Assembly: GCA_017433415.1 (NCBI GenBank)
Contig: JAFRHI010000019.1
Location: 4,327 to 68,326, forward strand
DNA from: Bacilli bacterium
Lineage (GTDB): Bacteria > Bacillota_I > Bacilli_A > RF39 > UBA660
Direction of reading: 5' to 3'
DNA length: 64,000 bases
The notes under the pieces were generated by a model, which worked only from the letters and a program-made list of their open reading frames with translations, was not told the origin of the DNA and searched no databases. Shown one piece after another: positions 17,771-28,590 of the stretch; the first letter of the stretch is position 1, and each line of letters starts with the position of its first letter. Both the position numbers and the translations under genes were made by a program.

Positions 17771-20700
17771 TTATTCTTCTACACTACTTTCAAGTGACTT
17801 GTAATATTCATACGTCTCTTCTGCTTCTTTTTTATTTTTATCAAGTAATTGATTAGCATTTTTATTAAGTTTCTTTAATGAATTATACCTATCTTCTCCT
17901 AGTAAGAATTCATCAAACTTAGAAAAATCAGCTTTACTATCAACCTTAAATTCATTATTCTCAGGATTATAATGGAATAATGGGAAGTATCCTGCCTCAG
18001 TTGCTGCTTTTTCTTCATTTATACTATTCTTCATTCCTTTAATAATTCCTTGCGCAATACATGGTGCATAAGCAATTATGATTGAAGGTCCATTATATGC
18101 TTCGGCTTCTCTCATAACTTTTATAGCCTGCATTGGATTAGCACCTAAAGAAATAGTACCAACATAAACATGTGGATAAGCTAAGGCCATTTTAGCTAAA
18201 TTCTTTTTAGAACCATCTTTTCCACTAGCTGCGAATTTCGCAACTGCACCACTTCTCGTAGATTTAGAAGCTTGTCCTCCAGTATTTGAATATACTTCTG
18301 TATCAAGTACTAGGATATTGACATTTTCCTTGTTAGCTAAGACATGATCAATTCCATTATAACCAATATCATATGCCCAACCATCTCCACCAATCATCCA
18401 TACTGATTTAGGACTAACAAAGTCTTTTAATTTTAATAATCTATCTATCTTCGTATCATCAATAACACTAAGTAATTTATCGGCAGTTTCTTCCGTTATT
18501 TCTTTACAATAAGCTTTATAAATGTCTGCCTCACTCTTCTTAACTAAATTCATATTATTTTCAATTAAAGCTACTATTTGATTTTTCATTGTTTTATCAG
18601 CTATTCGCATACCAAAACCAAATTCAGCATTATCTTCAAATAATGAGTTAGCCCATGGAATACTATATGGCATAGATGGCATACTAGCTCCATAAATAGA
18701 TGAGCATCCCGTCGCATTAGCAACAATCATCCTCTCACCAAATAACTGTGTTAATAATTTAAGATAAGGTGTTTCTCCACAACCAGCACAAGCTCCAGGA
18801 AATTCAAATTTAGGTTTAACAAATTGACTTCCCTTAACTGTATTAACTGGCATGACATCTTTCTTCTCTTTTACTTCATCAAATAAATATTTGTATTCCT
18901 CATCTCTCTTATCTTCAAGCAGTTCATGTTTCATCTTCATGACTAGCGCTTTAGCACCTGCCTTACCTGGACAAACTTCACTACAAAGTCCACATCCTGT
19001 ACAGTCAGGCAAACTAACACCTATAGTAAACTTATAATCTTTATCCTTTATATTGGCATCAAGTAAATGTCTAGTAACAGCTTCATTTGCATCAAGCACT
19101 TCCTTCTCATCTAACAAGAAAGGTCTAATAACTCCATGTGGACAAACTAAACTACACATATTACATGAAATACAATTTTCTGGATTGTAGCAAGGAGCCA
19201 TATCACTACTATCACGTTTATCAAGTTTTGATGTACCAGCTTCATATTGACCATTAGGCATTTTAATAAAACTACTAACTGGTAGACTATCACCTTCCAT
19301 AGAATCAATAACTTCAAATAAACTCTTCTTTGGATTTATTTCTTTATCAAAATCTACATAAGGAACTTTAACTGGTATTAAACATTCAAGTGCTGAATCA
19401 ATTGCCTTAATATTTTTCTCAACTAATCCCCCACCCTTATTAGCAAACTTAGTAGTTAAGTTTTCTTTTATCTTTTGAATGGCAAACTCAAAATCAACAA
19501 TCTTACCAAGTTTAAAAATAATTGTCTCCATTATCGTACTAATCTTACCAGGAAGACCGGCATCAAATGCTATCTTACTAGCATCAACTATAAACATTTT
19601 AACTTTCTTATTTTGTAAGATCTTTTTATCATGATTACTCATACTAGCTAAAACTTCATCAGGACTCTTATTCGTATTTAGAATAAATACTCCTTTTTCA
19701 TCAATTTTTTCTAGCATTTTCAATCTTTTTAAATATGCATCTTTAGTACAAACAACAATATTTGCTTTTTCAACATAATAAGTAGATGTAATTGGCTTCT
19801 TACCAAATCTTAAATTAGAAATAGTAACTCCACCACTCTTCTTAGAATCATATTGAAAATATCCTTGAACATAAGCATTAGTATAAGTACCAGTAATTTT
19901 CATTAAATCTTTTGATGCTGATACCATACCATCACTACCATAACCATAAATTAAGAATTCAACAGCACTATTAGGTACCATAAATTTAGGATCATATGGA
20001 ACACTTAAATTAGTAATGTCATCTTCTATACCTACCGTAAAGTTATTATGAACTTCCCTTGTATCTAAAAAGTCAAATATACCTTTAATCATTGCTGGAG
20101 TAGTATTCTTACTAGATAAACCATATCTACCCCCATAAACACTTACTCTAGCATCTACTTCTTTAATTGTTTTAATAACATCTAAATATAATGGTTCTCC
20201 ACTAGCACCAGCTTCTTTAGTACGATCAAGTACTGCAATCTTCTTAACTGTTTTAGGTAACTCGTTTAAGAAATATTTTGAACTAAATGGTCGATATAGA
20301 TGTACCTCCATTAAACCAATATTTTCATTTTTCTCTTTTACCAAATATTCAACAGTTTCCCTAATTGTTTCACAGACAGACCCCATAGCAACTATTACTT
20401 TATTAGCAGTTTTACTTCCATAATAGTTAAATGGTTTATAATTTCTTCCTGTTAATTTATTAATATCTTCCATATAATCTGCAACAATATCTGGTAATTT
20501 ATTATAATACTCATTTCTAACTTCTGTAGCTTGGAAATAAATATCTTCATTTTGGGCTGTACCTCTAATTGTTGGTCTATTAGGATTCATAGCTCTTTCT
20601 CTAAATTTATCAAGAGCTTTTTCATCTATTAATTTCTTTAATTTTTCAGTATCGATTAATTCTACTTTTTGCAACTCATGACTAGTTCTAAATCCATCAA

Positions 20701-21202
20701 AGAAATTCATAAATGGTAAACTTGACTTGATTGCTGACAAATGAGCAACTCCTGTCAAATCCATTACTTGTTGTACAGAACTTGATGCAAGCATCGCAAA
20801 ACCAGTTGCTCTTGCTGCATATACATCTTGATGATCTCCAAAAATAGATAATGCGTGTGTAGCTAAACTTCTTGCTGCAACATTTATTACACAAGGAAGC
20901 ATCTCTCCAGCAATCTTATACATATTTGGAATCATTAATAATAATCCTTGACTTGCAGTATAAGTAGTTGTCAAAGCCCCTGCTTGAAGTGAACCATGAA
21001 CCATACCAGCTGCTCCTGCTTCACTCTCCATTTCAACTACTTTTACTGGAGTTCCAAAATAGTTAAGTTTATTTTCACTAGCCCATTTATCAGTTAATTC
21101 TGCCATTGGACTAGCTGGTGTAATTGGATATATTCCAGCTACTTCTGTAAAATTATATGATACATAAGCAGCAGCTTCATTTCCATCCATTATTTTCATC
21201 AT
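17771..21202 (-). CDS. nifJ: pyruvate:ferredoxin (flavodoxin) oxidoreductase
   Basis: 1143 aa. Two 4Fe-4S motifs (CISCNMCSLVCPHG, CTGCGLCSEVCPG). TPP-binding GGDGWAYDIGYNG. Confidence 0.9.
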   Translation of the reverse strand: MMKIMDGNEAAAYVSYNFTEVAGIYPITPASPMAELTDKWASENKLNYFGTPVKVVEMESEAGAAGMVHGSLQAGALTTTYTASQGLLLMIPNMYKIAGEMLPCVINVAARSLATHALSIFGDHQDVYAARATGFAMLASSSVQQVMDLTGVAHLSAIKSSLPFMNFFDGFRTSHELQKVELIDTEKLKKLIDEKALDKFRERAMNPNRPTIRGTAQNEDIYFQATEVRNEYYNKLPDIVADYMEDINKLTGRNYKPFNYYGSKTANKVIVAMGSVCETIRETVEYLVKEKNENIGLMEVHLYRPFSSKYFLNELPKTVKKIAVLDRTKEAGASGEPLYLDVIKTIKEVDARVSVYGGRYGLSSKNTTPAMIKGIFDFLDTREVHNNFTVGIEDDITNLSVPYDPKFMVPNSAVEFLIYGYGSDGMVSASKDLMKITGTYTNAYVQGYFQYDSKKSGGVTISNLRFGKKPITSTYYVEKANIVVCTKDAYLKRLKMLEKIDEKGVFILNTNKSPDEVLASMSNHDKKILQNKKVKMFIVDASKIAFDAGLPGKISTIMETIIFKLGKIVDFEFAIQKIKENLTTKFANKGGGLVEKNIKAIDSALECLIPVKVPYVDFDKEINPKKSLFEVIDSMEGDSLPVSSFIKMPNGQYEAGTSKLDKRDSSDMAPCYNPENCISCNMCSLVCPHGVIRPFLLDEKEVLDANEAVTRHLLDANIKDKDYKFTIGVSLPDCTGCGLCSEVCPGKAGAKALVMKMKHELLEDKRDEEYKYLFDEVKEKKDVMPVNTVKGSQFVKPKFEFPGACAGCGETPYLKLLTQLFGERMIVANATGCSSIYGASMPSMPYSIPWANSLFEDNAEFGFGMRIADKTMKNQIVALIENNMNLVKKSEADIYKAYCKEITEETADKLLSVIDDTKIDRLLKLKDFVSPKSVWMIGGDGWAYDIGYNGIDHVLANKENVNILVLDTEVYSNTGGQASKSTRSGAVAKFAASGKDGSKKNLAKMALAYPHVYVGTISLGANPMQAIKVMREAEAYNGPSIIIAYAPCIAQGIIKGMKNSINEEKAATEAGYFPLFHYNPENNEFKVDSKADFSKFDEFLLGEDRYNSLKKLNKNANQLLDKNKKEAEETYEYYKSLESSVEE

Positions 21203-21236
21203 AAATAACCTCCCATATTATATTAATTATAACACA

Positions 21237-22808
21237 TTAGCCCCTAACATTTTCACAAGAAATATCTTCCTTCTTAATAGTAGCTAAAATACTCTTTCTC
21301 TTCTTATCTCTAGTATTAGCGGCATGCTTAATAATTGTTTTTTCATATACATTTCTAACAAATCGAGCATTACCAAAATTCTTATTATCTTTGTTTTCTC
21401 TAATAATTTTTCTAAGTTCTAAATAAGCATCTTCTTCAACAGTAAATCCTGCCTTTTTCATCATACCATCAAATATTTTAACAAGTTCATCTTCAGTATA
21501 ATCATCAAACTCTAAAGTATAACCAATTCTAGAAACAATTCCTGAATTAGAATCTAAGAAAGCCTGCATCTCTTTTGTATACCCCGCAAAAATAACTACT
21601 AAATCATCTCGATAATCTTCCATTGCTTTAATAAGTGTCGCAATAGCTTCAGCATTATAAGAGTTTTGTCCAGTATCATTTGCTAAAGCATATGCTTCAT
21701 CAATAAACAAAACACCTCCCTTTGCCCGTTCTACGACACTCATTGTCTTAGGAGCAGTCTGTCCAACATATTCTGCCACTAAATCTTTACTAGATACCTC
21801 TATTAATTTATTTTGTTTAATGTATTTCAAATTATATAAAATATCAACTATAATCCTCGCAACTGTCGTTTTACCAGTACCTGGATTGCCTAAAAATACC
21901 ATATGTAAATTAATATTATTTAGTTTTAAATCAGTACTCTTCTTTTGTAAATTCATATAGTCAACTAATTCATGTAATGTCTTCTTTACTTTCTCAAGTC
22001 CGACTAATTCATTTAATTTTTCAAATATCTCATCAAGAGTTTTTTCACTTTCAACCTTAGGAACTTCATGATTTAATGCTATCTCTCGACATAAATTATC
22101 CCTATAATTAACATAATCTATATCTTTTTTAGGATAAGTATCAGAAATATAGTCTAATACTTTTAATGAGAATTCATCCTCTTCACTTAATTTAGTAATA
22201 CCTAAAACCTCATGATAAACATCCAAGACATCAGGATCTTTACCAATTAATATAAATGGAAATTTATTACTTCGAAGCAAAGAATCATATTCAAATAAAT
22301 AATCTATTTCCTCTTTAACACCCTCAATAATAATCATCTTATTCTCTAAATTTTCCCTTAATAAATGGAAGAAACTCTTCTTAAAACTATCATCTCTTAA
22401 TTCAAAACCTTTTATATCTTTAAGAATAATAATCTTACTATTAAATACTTCTCTAATTTTATCTAAAGTGTCATTATCATAAAAAGAACATTTACTACTT
22501 TTATCACCATCTAAATATTTATATTTAGAAATAACAGTTTTTAAAATATCCTCTATTTTCTTTATCACTTCTTTATTATCACTTTGAATAATAAAATTAA
22601 AATCTAGATAATTATTATCTTTCTTTTCAACATGATCTTTAATATAAGTAATTACTTTCTTTAATAAATCTTTAGATTCCTCTTCTATTAATAAAGAATC
22701 AATTTCATCAATGTCAAAATCTTCTTTTATTTCTTCCTCTTTTTCCGGAGCAAGAGCACCTTCTCCAAAAAAATCTTTATAAACATCTGCTAAATAATCT
22801 TTATTCAT
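21237..22808 (-). CDS. AAA+ ATPase, SpoVK/CbbX/EccA-like, with unknown ~290-aa N-terminal region
   Basis: Walker A GNPGTGKTTVA, Walker B VLFIDEAYAL. The ATG at 22808 follows GAGGTGAT. Confidence 0.75.
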   Translation of the reverse strand: MNKDYLADVYKDFFGEGALAPEKEEEIKEDFDIDEIDSLLIEEESKDLLKKVITYIKDHVEKKDNNYLDFNFIIQSDNKEVIKKIEDILKTVISKYKYLDGDKSSKCSFYDNDTLDKIREVFNSKIIILKDIKGFELRDDSFKKSFFHLLRENLENKMIIIEGVKEEIDYLFEYDSLLRSNKFPFILIGKDPDVLDVYHEVLGITKLSEEDEFSLKVLDYISDTYPKKDIDYVNYRDNLCREIALNHEVPKVESEKTLDEIFEKLNELVGLEKVKKTLHELVDYMNLQKKSTDLKLNNINLHMVFLGNPGTGKTTVARIIVDILYNLKYIKQNKLIEVSSKDLVAEYVGQTAPKTMSVVERAKGGVLFIDEAYALANDTGQNSYNAEAIATLIKAMEDYRDDLVVIFAGYTKEMQAFLDSNSGIVSRIGYTLEFDDYTEDELVKIFDGMMKKAGFTVEEDAYLELRKIIRENKDNKNFGNARFVRNVYEKTIIKHAANTRDKKRKSILATIKKEDISCENVRG

Positions 22809-22850
22809 AAATATCACCTCAAAAATAAGCCGACGAATATCGGCGACTTA

Positions 22851-23996
22851 TTATTTCATATTAATTTCTAACATTTTTGCCTTAAGTTCTTTTTCAATTT
22901 CTTGAAGTTCTTTCTCAGCAGCTTGTCTTTGAACACGTCCATTTTTATGAATTTCAATAACTGCATCTAAAGTCTCGATAATATCAGCATTAGTTTTCTT
23001 AAGTGTTTCAATATCAATAATTGCTCTTTCAGATTCTTTAGCAATATCAATTGATCCTTGTTTTAATGTTTCACTATTTTTCTTTAACATTTCATTAGTT
23101 AAATTAGAAACAGCTTGTTGATTTTTTAATGCTCTTTTAGCATTAGAAATACCTAAAGCCAATACCATTTGATTTTTCCATAATGGAATTGTATTAGTAA
23201 TAGAACTTTGAATTTTTTCTACAAGTTCAGCTTCATTATTTTGTAATAATCTAATTTGTGGAGCCATTTGAATAGAAATAATTCTAGTAGTTTTTAAATC
23301 ATATATTTTTTTCTCAAAACGATTAATTGTATTTTCCATATCATTAACCTTTTGAGCATCTATTTGTTCACCAGACTCTTCAGCCTTCTTTTTTAATTCT
23401 GGTAATACTTTTTCCCTTAATTCTTCAAGTTTTTTCTCACCAGCAATAATGTATAATGATATTTCTTTAAAGTAAGTAAGATTTTTTTCATACATTGTAT
23501 CAAATGTTGCGATATCTTTTAACATTTGAATCTTATCTTTTTCAAGTCCACCTTCAATTGTATCAATATTTTTTTCAATCTTAGTATATTTAGCGATTAG
23601 TTTATCAACTTCTTTTTTAGCATTAGAAAATAATTTAGCTAATCCTTTTTTATCAGCAGTAACATCTCCATCAAATGATTTAATTTGCGCAACTAAATCA
23701 GCAAGTAATTCACCAGCAGCCCCTGTATTTTTAGTTTTTACATCTTCTAATACTTCATCTGAAAATTCAGAAATTTTATTTTGTGATGCTGCACCAAATT
23801 GTAATACTTGTGTTGAATCAAAGACATCAATCTTTTCAACAAATTCATCAATAGCTTTTTTCTCTTCAGCACTTAATAAATCATAGTTTAATGATTCTTC
23901 AATCTTTTCTTCTGTTACTTCTTCACTACTAGTAACTAACCCCTCAACATTCTTTTCTGCTTTAGCACTTTCTAATTTTAGTTCTAACTCATTCAT
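22851..23996 (-). CDS. telA: TelA/KlaA-family toxic anion resistance protein
   Basis: Coiled-coil-rich ~380-aa protein of TelA/YaaN layout. The ATG at 23996 lies 7 nt after GGAGAA. Confidence 0.75.
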   Translation of the reverse strand: MNELELKLESAKAEKNVEGLVTSSEEVTEEKIEESLNYDLLSAEEKKAIDEFVEKIDVFDSTQVLQFGAASQNKISEFSDEVLEDVKTKNTGAAGELLADLVAQIKSFDGDVTADKKGLAKLFSNAKKEVDKLIAKYTKIEKNIDTIEGGLEKDKIQMLKDIATFDTMYEKNLTYFKEISLYIIAGEKKLEELREKVLPELKKKAEESGEQIDAQKVNDMENTINRFEKKIYDLKTTRIISIQMAPQIRLLQNNEAELVEKIQSSITNTIPLWKNQMVLALGISNAKRALKNQQAVSNLTNEMLKKNSETLKQGSIDIAKESERAIIDIETLKKTNADIIETLDAVIEIHKNGRVQRQAAEKELQEIEKELKAKMLEINMK

Positions 23997-24000
23997 ACTT

Positions 24001-25200
24001 TTATTCTCCATTCTTTAAATATTCTATTAATTCATTATAAGTATCCATTTTTAAACTAGATACGGTACTTGTTATAGTCTGTGGTACCCCAATACCAATT
24101 GATGATACATCATATTCACCACCAGTAATACCAGTACGGAATCCATAACGCTCCCAAGCAATTTGCTGAATTTCTTTATCATCAAATGCCTTATATAGTT
24201 TTTCACCATTATCAGTGAAATAAGCAAAACAATGCGAATTCCAAATCGTTGGTGATGGATACAAAATTCTTATTTGATCTTTCACTGTTTCAAAATCATC
24301 AGGACTTGAATTTGCAAAATCTATAATACTTTTTTCATAATCCACAATCATTGGTTGTCCACCCATACCAACTTTCAAATATCTATCAAATAAATCAGCT
24401 GGAGTATTATTCATATACCCAGATTTAATATAGAATTGTTTCAATTTTGGTAAATTGTCATTGATATTATCAACTGTTACTTGTCCTTCACTCAACACAG
24501 AAAGTAAAAGACCATAATATGTTGCTCCAGGACTTGATGTAACAGGATCAGTTGAAGCAATATTAAGATTACCATACAAACCATTAATACCAATATCCGA
24601 CCATTTTTTACCTTCTAGGATATAATTCATTAGTTTAGTCATATCACTTATATAGTAAACTCCATCTGTTTCTGTAACTATTCCCTCATTCATCAAAGCA
24701 TCTACAACTTCTTTCCAACTATATATTACGATTGGCGTATTTAAAGTTAGATTACCACCTTTTACACTATAGCGATCAGCTTCACCTTTCTCTTTATCAG
24801 GATATAACTTATAGTAGTCATAAAATCTTTGATCCGAAGTAAATAATGCATCATATGTAGAAACACCATCAGAATGAATAGTATAACTACTACTTCCACT
24901 AGATAATGCATTAGCAATATCACTATTACCTAACCCAACAGATTCTCTTATAAGTGGCAATTGAACAGTTTTACCATTACTCCAATTATCGAAAACAACA
25001 TTTAATTTGTATTTTTTTCGAAGTATTTTAATAACATCTTCATCTGCTAAAAAATCTTCTTTTCCGCCTCCAGTAGCAACATAAACAGTAGTTAAGCCAT
25101 TAACACTGCCTTCACCATTTAATCCAAAAAACTTAATACCAATAATAGCAAGCACCAACACTACAAAAATTACTATTCCTATAATTTTCTTACTTTTCAT
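24001..25200 (-). CDS. membrane-anchored extracellular binding-protein-like protein
   Basis: N-terminal TM. TDPVTSSPGATYYGLL is paralogous to NPVTTNSGASAYLGIL in the N-terminal half of the 25827 vWA protein. Confidence 0.5.
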   Translation of the reverse strand: MKSKKIIGIVIFVVLVLAIIGIKFFGLNGEGSVNGLTTVYVATGGGKEDFLADEDVIKILRKKYKLNVVFDNWSNGKTVQLPLIRESVGLGNSDIANALSSGSSSYTIHSDGVSTYDALFTSDQRFYDYYKLYPDKEKGEADRYSVKGGNLTLNTPIVIYSWKEVVDALMNEGIVTETDGVYYISDMTKLMNYILEGKKWSDIGINGLYGNLNIASTDPVTSSPGATYYGLLLSVLSEGQVTVDNINDNLPKLKQFYIKSGYMNNTPADLFDRYLKVGMGGQPMIVDYEKSIIDFANSSPDDFETVKDQIRILYPSPTIWNSHCFAYFTDNGEKLYKAFDDKEIQQIAWERYGFRTGITGGEYDVSSIGIGVPQTITSTVSSLKMDTYNELIEYLKNGE

Positions 25201-25819
25201 GTTCTTCCTCCTTCTTAACTTTCAAATCTGAACTATCGATACCATCCGCTTTTAATAATGAATCAAAAACCTTCATTTCAACATCCATATCTAAAATATC
25301 TTTTCGATATAATTCCGATAATATTTTTCTATATGCTGAATTTATTTCACTAACCATTTTATTAGTTGATTTTAAAAACTTGGCACTTTCTGATGAAGAA
25401 AGCTTTTGATTTTCAATCTCATCATAGCGATCAATTAATTTAATAGTAATTGGTAAATAGTAGTCAAAAAAGTTATTTGCTTGCTTTACCTTTTCCGGAT
25501 TTTTTGAAATTGTATTAATTATTTTAGATACCGAATCATGTATCTCATTTAACTCTTTCTTTATACTTTCATCTTCTATATTAGGAATCATTTCCAAAAT
25601 ATGCTTATTTTGTCTTTTTGAATATTCCAATGTTTCATATAAATTTCTATTTGTATCTTTAAGTGTCAACTTGTTTTCACCTAAAACTAATTGTCCGGCA
25701 CCAAAAGCTGCTGCCCCTATTACTAACGAAGGCAATAAAGGTGCCGATAAAGCAAGATAAGGTATTGCAAAAAAAGCTCCACCTATTGCTGCCGAAAATA
25801 TTTCCTTATTCTTCATCAT
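25190..25819 (-). CDS. XpaC-like (5-bromo-4-chloroindolyl phosphate hydrolysis protein family) membrane protein
   Basis: Two N-terminal TM helices plus a helical C-terminal domain. Adjacent to telA, as with B. subtilis xpaC-yaaN. Confidence 0.55.
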   Translation of the reverse strand: MMKNKEIFSAAIGGAFFAIPYLALSAPLLPSLVIGAAAFGAGQLVLGENKLTLKDTNRNLYETLEYSKRQNKHILEMIPNIEDESIKKELNEIHDSVSKIINTISKNPEKVKQANNFFDYYLPITIKLIDRYDEIENQKLSSSESAKFLKSTNKMVSEINSAYRKILSELYRKDILDMDVEMKVFDSLLKADGIDSSDLKVKKEEEHEK

Positions 25820-25826
25820 GCACCTC

Positions 25827-27434
25827 CTAGTTGTATCCTCTTACTTCCATGAACGCTTCCACCAAACTAGTAGTACCATCAAAGACTTTTCCATTTGATA
25901 ATAATTGTAAATTTTGTAATTGTCGTTCATCTGCTGCCCCAAATTTAATTGAATAAATTGGAATACTTAACTTTCTTTCTTTATAATACTTTTCTAATGA
26001 TTCAAAAGTACCAACATTTCCTTGGCCATCAGTCATCACTATAACAGAAATATTAAACTTGTTTTTATCTTCATCATCTAAAAGTTCTAATGCACGCTTT
26101 GTAGCAGGATAAAGTGCTGTTTCACCACCAGGTGATCTACTTTTAATTTTCGCAAGCAACTCTTCATTTGATCCTTCCCAAACATCTTCCGCCTCCGAAG
26201 AAAATGGAATAATCTCAACTATATCCTCTTCTGAAAATTGTAACAAATCTGCTTCTGCCCGATCAGTTAATATATAGTCCATTGCATCAATCAAATTATC
26301 ATATCTACTATCACGTAGCATACTACCAGAGTAATCTAAACAAAATACAACATGTACTGGCTTTCTAAGAGCATTTTGATATAAATATAATGCCTCTTTT
26401 ATTACTGAAGTTGCTGGATATTTAAGTGGTGAAATATACTTAGTAGTATCAATTCCCCAATCTGGATTAAACACTTTTTTATCAGCAGTATTAGTAACTC
26501 CTCCAAACCAAGTTCTCCTACCATATTTAGCAAGTAACTTTTTACCGTCTTTTCCCACTAAGTATCCCACTAGTTTTTCATATTCTTCTTTCTTTTTTTC
26601 ACTACCATGATCAATATACCCAATTGGGCTATCAGAAATAGATACCCCATCTATAGGATATAAAGCATATAATGGTTCTTTACCTTTTTTATTAAGCTCT
26701 TTATTAATATTAATAATAGCTGATTCATAAGTAAATACGGCTTCATAATCTCCATTTAAGAAAAGCTCTTCTAAAGAATCCTCATCTCCAATAGATCTTT
26801 CAACTCCCAAAAAGAAACTTTTAAGCTTATCTTTTAATTCCGGATCATTAATCATTTCTGAAGTTAACACTTCTGGATTACCAGCTAAAGTAGTCAAAAT
26901 TCCCAAATAAGCACTAGCACCACTATTAGTAGTAACAGGATTAGATATACTAAATTTTAATCTTCCATCACTAGCAGCATTAACAATATCTTGTGTATAA
27001 ATATCCTTATCTATAAATCCTAATTCTTCAGCTTTAGATTTACGAATTGCTAAAACAATAGGATTAATACTAGTTGATTTTGTATCAGTTACTTTCACTT
27101 TGCTAGAATCAAGCGAATACATCCAAATCGAATTAGATAACCAAACAGCATCAAATTCTTCTGAAGCATTTAATCTTTTTGTAATCTTTAATGTATCATC
27201 ATATTCAATTTGAATATCAAATCCATTATCTTTAGCAAATTTTTTTAATTCTGAATCAAACACTTTATTCTCTGAACTTGACAATAAAGAAAATGTTTTA
27301 TTCGAATATGTATAGTCATCAACTGTACCAAAAAAACTAGTTATACTAGAAACAATATTACCTACAATATAAATAGTTACAAAAACTACAATAACCCATA
27401 TTAGATTTTTATTATTACCATTTTTCTTAGCCAA
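25827..27434 (-). CDS. membrane-anchored binding-protein-like domain fused to a von Willebrand A domain
   Basis: MIDAS motif VVFCLDYSGSM, VIVMTDGQGN. TTG start after GGTGG. Confidence 0.7.
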   Translation of the reverse strand: MAKKNGNNKNLIWVIVVFVTIYIVGNIVSSITSFFGTVDDYTYSNKTFSLLSSSENKVFDSELKKFAKDNGFDIQIEYDDTLKITKRLNASEEFDAVWLSNSIWMYSLDSSKVKVTDTKSTSINPIVLAIRKSKAEELGFIDKDIYTQDIVNAASDGRLKFSISNPVTTNSGASAYLGILTTLAGNPEVLTSEMINDPELKDKLKSFFLGVERSIGDEDSLEELFLNGDYEAVFTYESAIININKELNKKGKEPLYALYPIDGVSISDSPIGYIDHGSEKKKEEYEKLVGYLVGKDGKKLLAKYGRRTWFGGVTNTADKKVFNPDWGIDTTKYISPLKYPATSVIKEALYLYQNALRKPVHVVFCLDYSGSMLRDSRYDNLIDAMDYILTDRAEADLLQFSEEDIVEIIPFSSEAEDVWEGSNEELLAKIKSRSPGGETALYPATKRALELLDDEDKNKFNISVIVMTDGQGNVGTFESLEKYYKERKLSIPIYSIKFGAADERQLQNLQLLSNGKVFDGTTSLVEAFMEVRGYN

Positions 27435-27512
27435 AATACCACCTACTCTAGAATCATTTTATCATTTTTTTTAATATAAAACAATAAAAGTAAAAAGAAA
27501 AAGTAGGAATTC

Positions 27513-28586
27513 CTACTTATAATCATTTTTGTTAGGTGCCTGAGCTGGTTTACCTTCTTTATTAGTAATAATCCAAGCATTAGAAACTGTTCTACCACCA
27601 TATTCAGCCCCAGCACTAGGTCTATTCCAAAGCTTACCTTCTACACTCATTGTACTTGAAGCTCCACCATCTAAATTAGCTGCATTATAGGCTTTATATT
27701 TAAGTAAAATATCAATGACATCATTCATAGTTGCCCCAACACTATAACCAGGTAATCTACCTTCTATTATTAGGAACAAAACCACTCCATCTTTTCTTTG
27801 GGCTATAACACTTCTAGGTGCTGTACCCCAACCACCATCACCATGTATTTTACTAACTTTACCATTGACAATTAAATTAGGTCCAAACTCTATTGCATCC
27901 ATCATACCATCGGCAATAGCTTCTTGCGGTTTTTTATCCGTTAAATACATTTTATGATCCTTTGTAAAACCAATTAATCCACCACTACCACCAGCATGTT
28001 GCCAAATTAATTGTCCATCTTTTATGATTGCTCCATATGGTATAGAACCATTACCCCAACCATCTAAATCTTCAAAACCACCACCATTAATACCTACAAG
28101 ACCCTCATTATTTTTTACAAGAGTATTAACAGAGCGACCTGCTTTACCAAGTTTATCAGAAACAGCCAAACTAACATCACTAGGATCATATATAACTGTT
28201 AAATATCCTTTATATTTAGTTTCATTAATACGAATAATTTTATATACTTCATTATTTTCCATTCTAGTAAATAATTCTTGTTCATATTTAGAACTATAAT
28301 GTTTTTTCTCTTTATTATCACCTATTATAATATCATCAAGATTAATTTCTTCACTATTTTTTTCAATATAGTTTTCACTCATAACTTTATTAACAGTTTC
28401 CTCATCATATAAAGTATAAGCCAAATACTTATGAGACATTGTCGTCATTGCCGTAGGTATCCAAAAAGCTTTAAATTTTTCACTTTTAATCACAAACAAC
28501 CCATCTATAACAATTAAATCAAGTAAAAAGACAAGAATTGTAAATTTACCAATTTTTAATCTAATTTTCTTCTTTTTTTTCTTCAT
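27513..28586 (-). CDS. phosphodiester glycosidase (DUF2233 / NAGPA-like) family protein, paralogue 1
   Basis: N-terminal Lys-rich TM anchor. GPNLIVNGK...APRSVIAQRKDG...AANLDGGASS. Paralogous to 31004..32044. Start moved to MKKKKKK at 28586. Confidence 0.65.
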   Translation of the reverse strand: MKKKKKKIRLKIGKFTILVFLLDLIVIDGLFVIKSEKFKAFWIPTAMTTMSHKYLAYTLYDEETVNKVMSENYIEKNSEEINLDDIIIGDNKEKKHYSSKYEQELFTRMENNEVYKIIRINETKYKGYLTVIYDPSDVSLAVSDKLGKAGRSVNTLVKNNEGLVGINGGGFEDLDGWGNGSIPYGAIIKDGQLIWQHAGGSGGLIGFTKDHKMYLTDKKPQEAIADGMMDAIEFGPNLIVNGKVSKIHGDGGWGTAPRSVIAQRKDGVVLFLIIEGRLPGYSVGATMNDVIDILLKYKAYNAANLDGGASSTMSVEGKLWNRPSAGAEYGGRTVSNAWIITNKEGKPAQAPNKNDYK

Positions 28587-28590
28587 TTTA

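Noticed and set aside
18852-20894. Small ORFs 18852..19037 (+) and 20697..20894 (-) inside nifJ
   Set aside because: They are embedded in or out of frame with a strongly supported 1143-aa PFOR gene.
22818-22850. Terminator between telA and the AAA+ gene
   Set aside because: The hairpin (AAGTCG..CGGCTT, with a G-U pair and mismatches) is weak and the gap is only 42 nt. It was not annotated as a feature.
28024-28299. 91-aa plus-strand ORF; also 32328..32537, 36662..36910, 49777..50037, 52332..52526 and 3303..3518
   Set aside because: All are shadow ORFs overlapping longer, motif-supported or RBS-supported genes.
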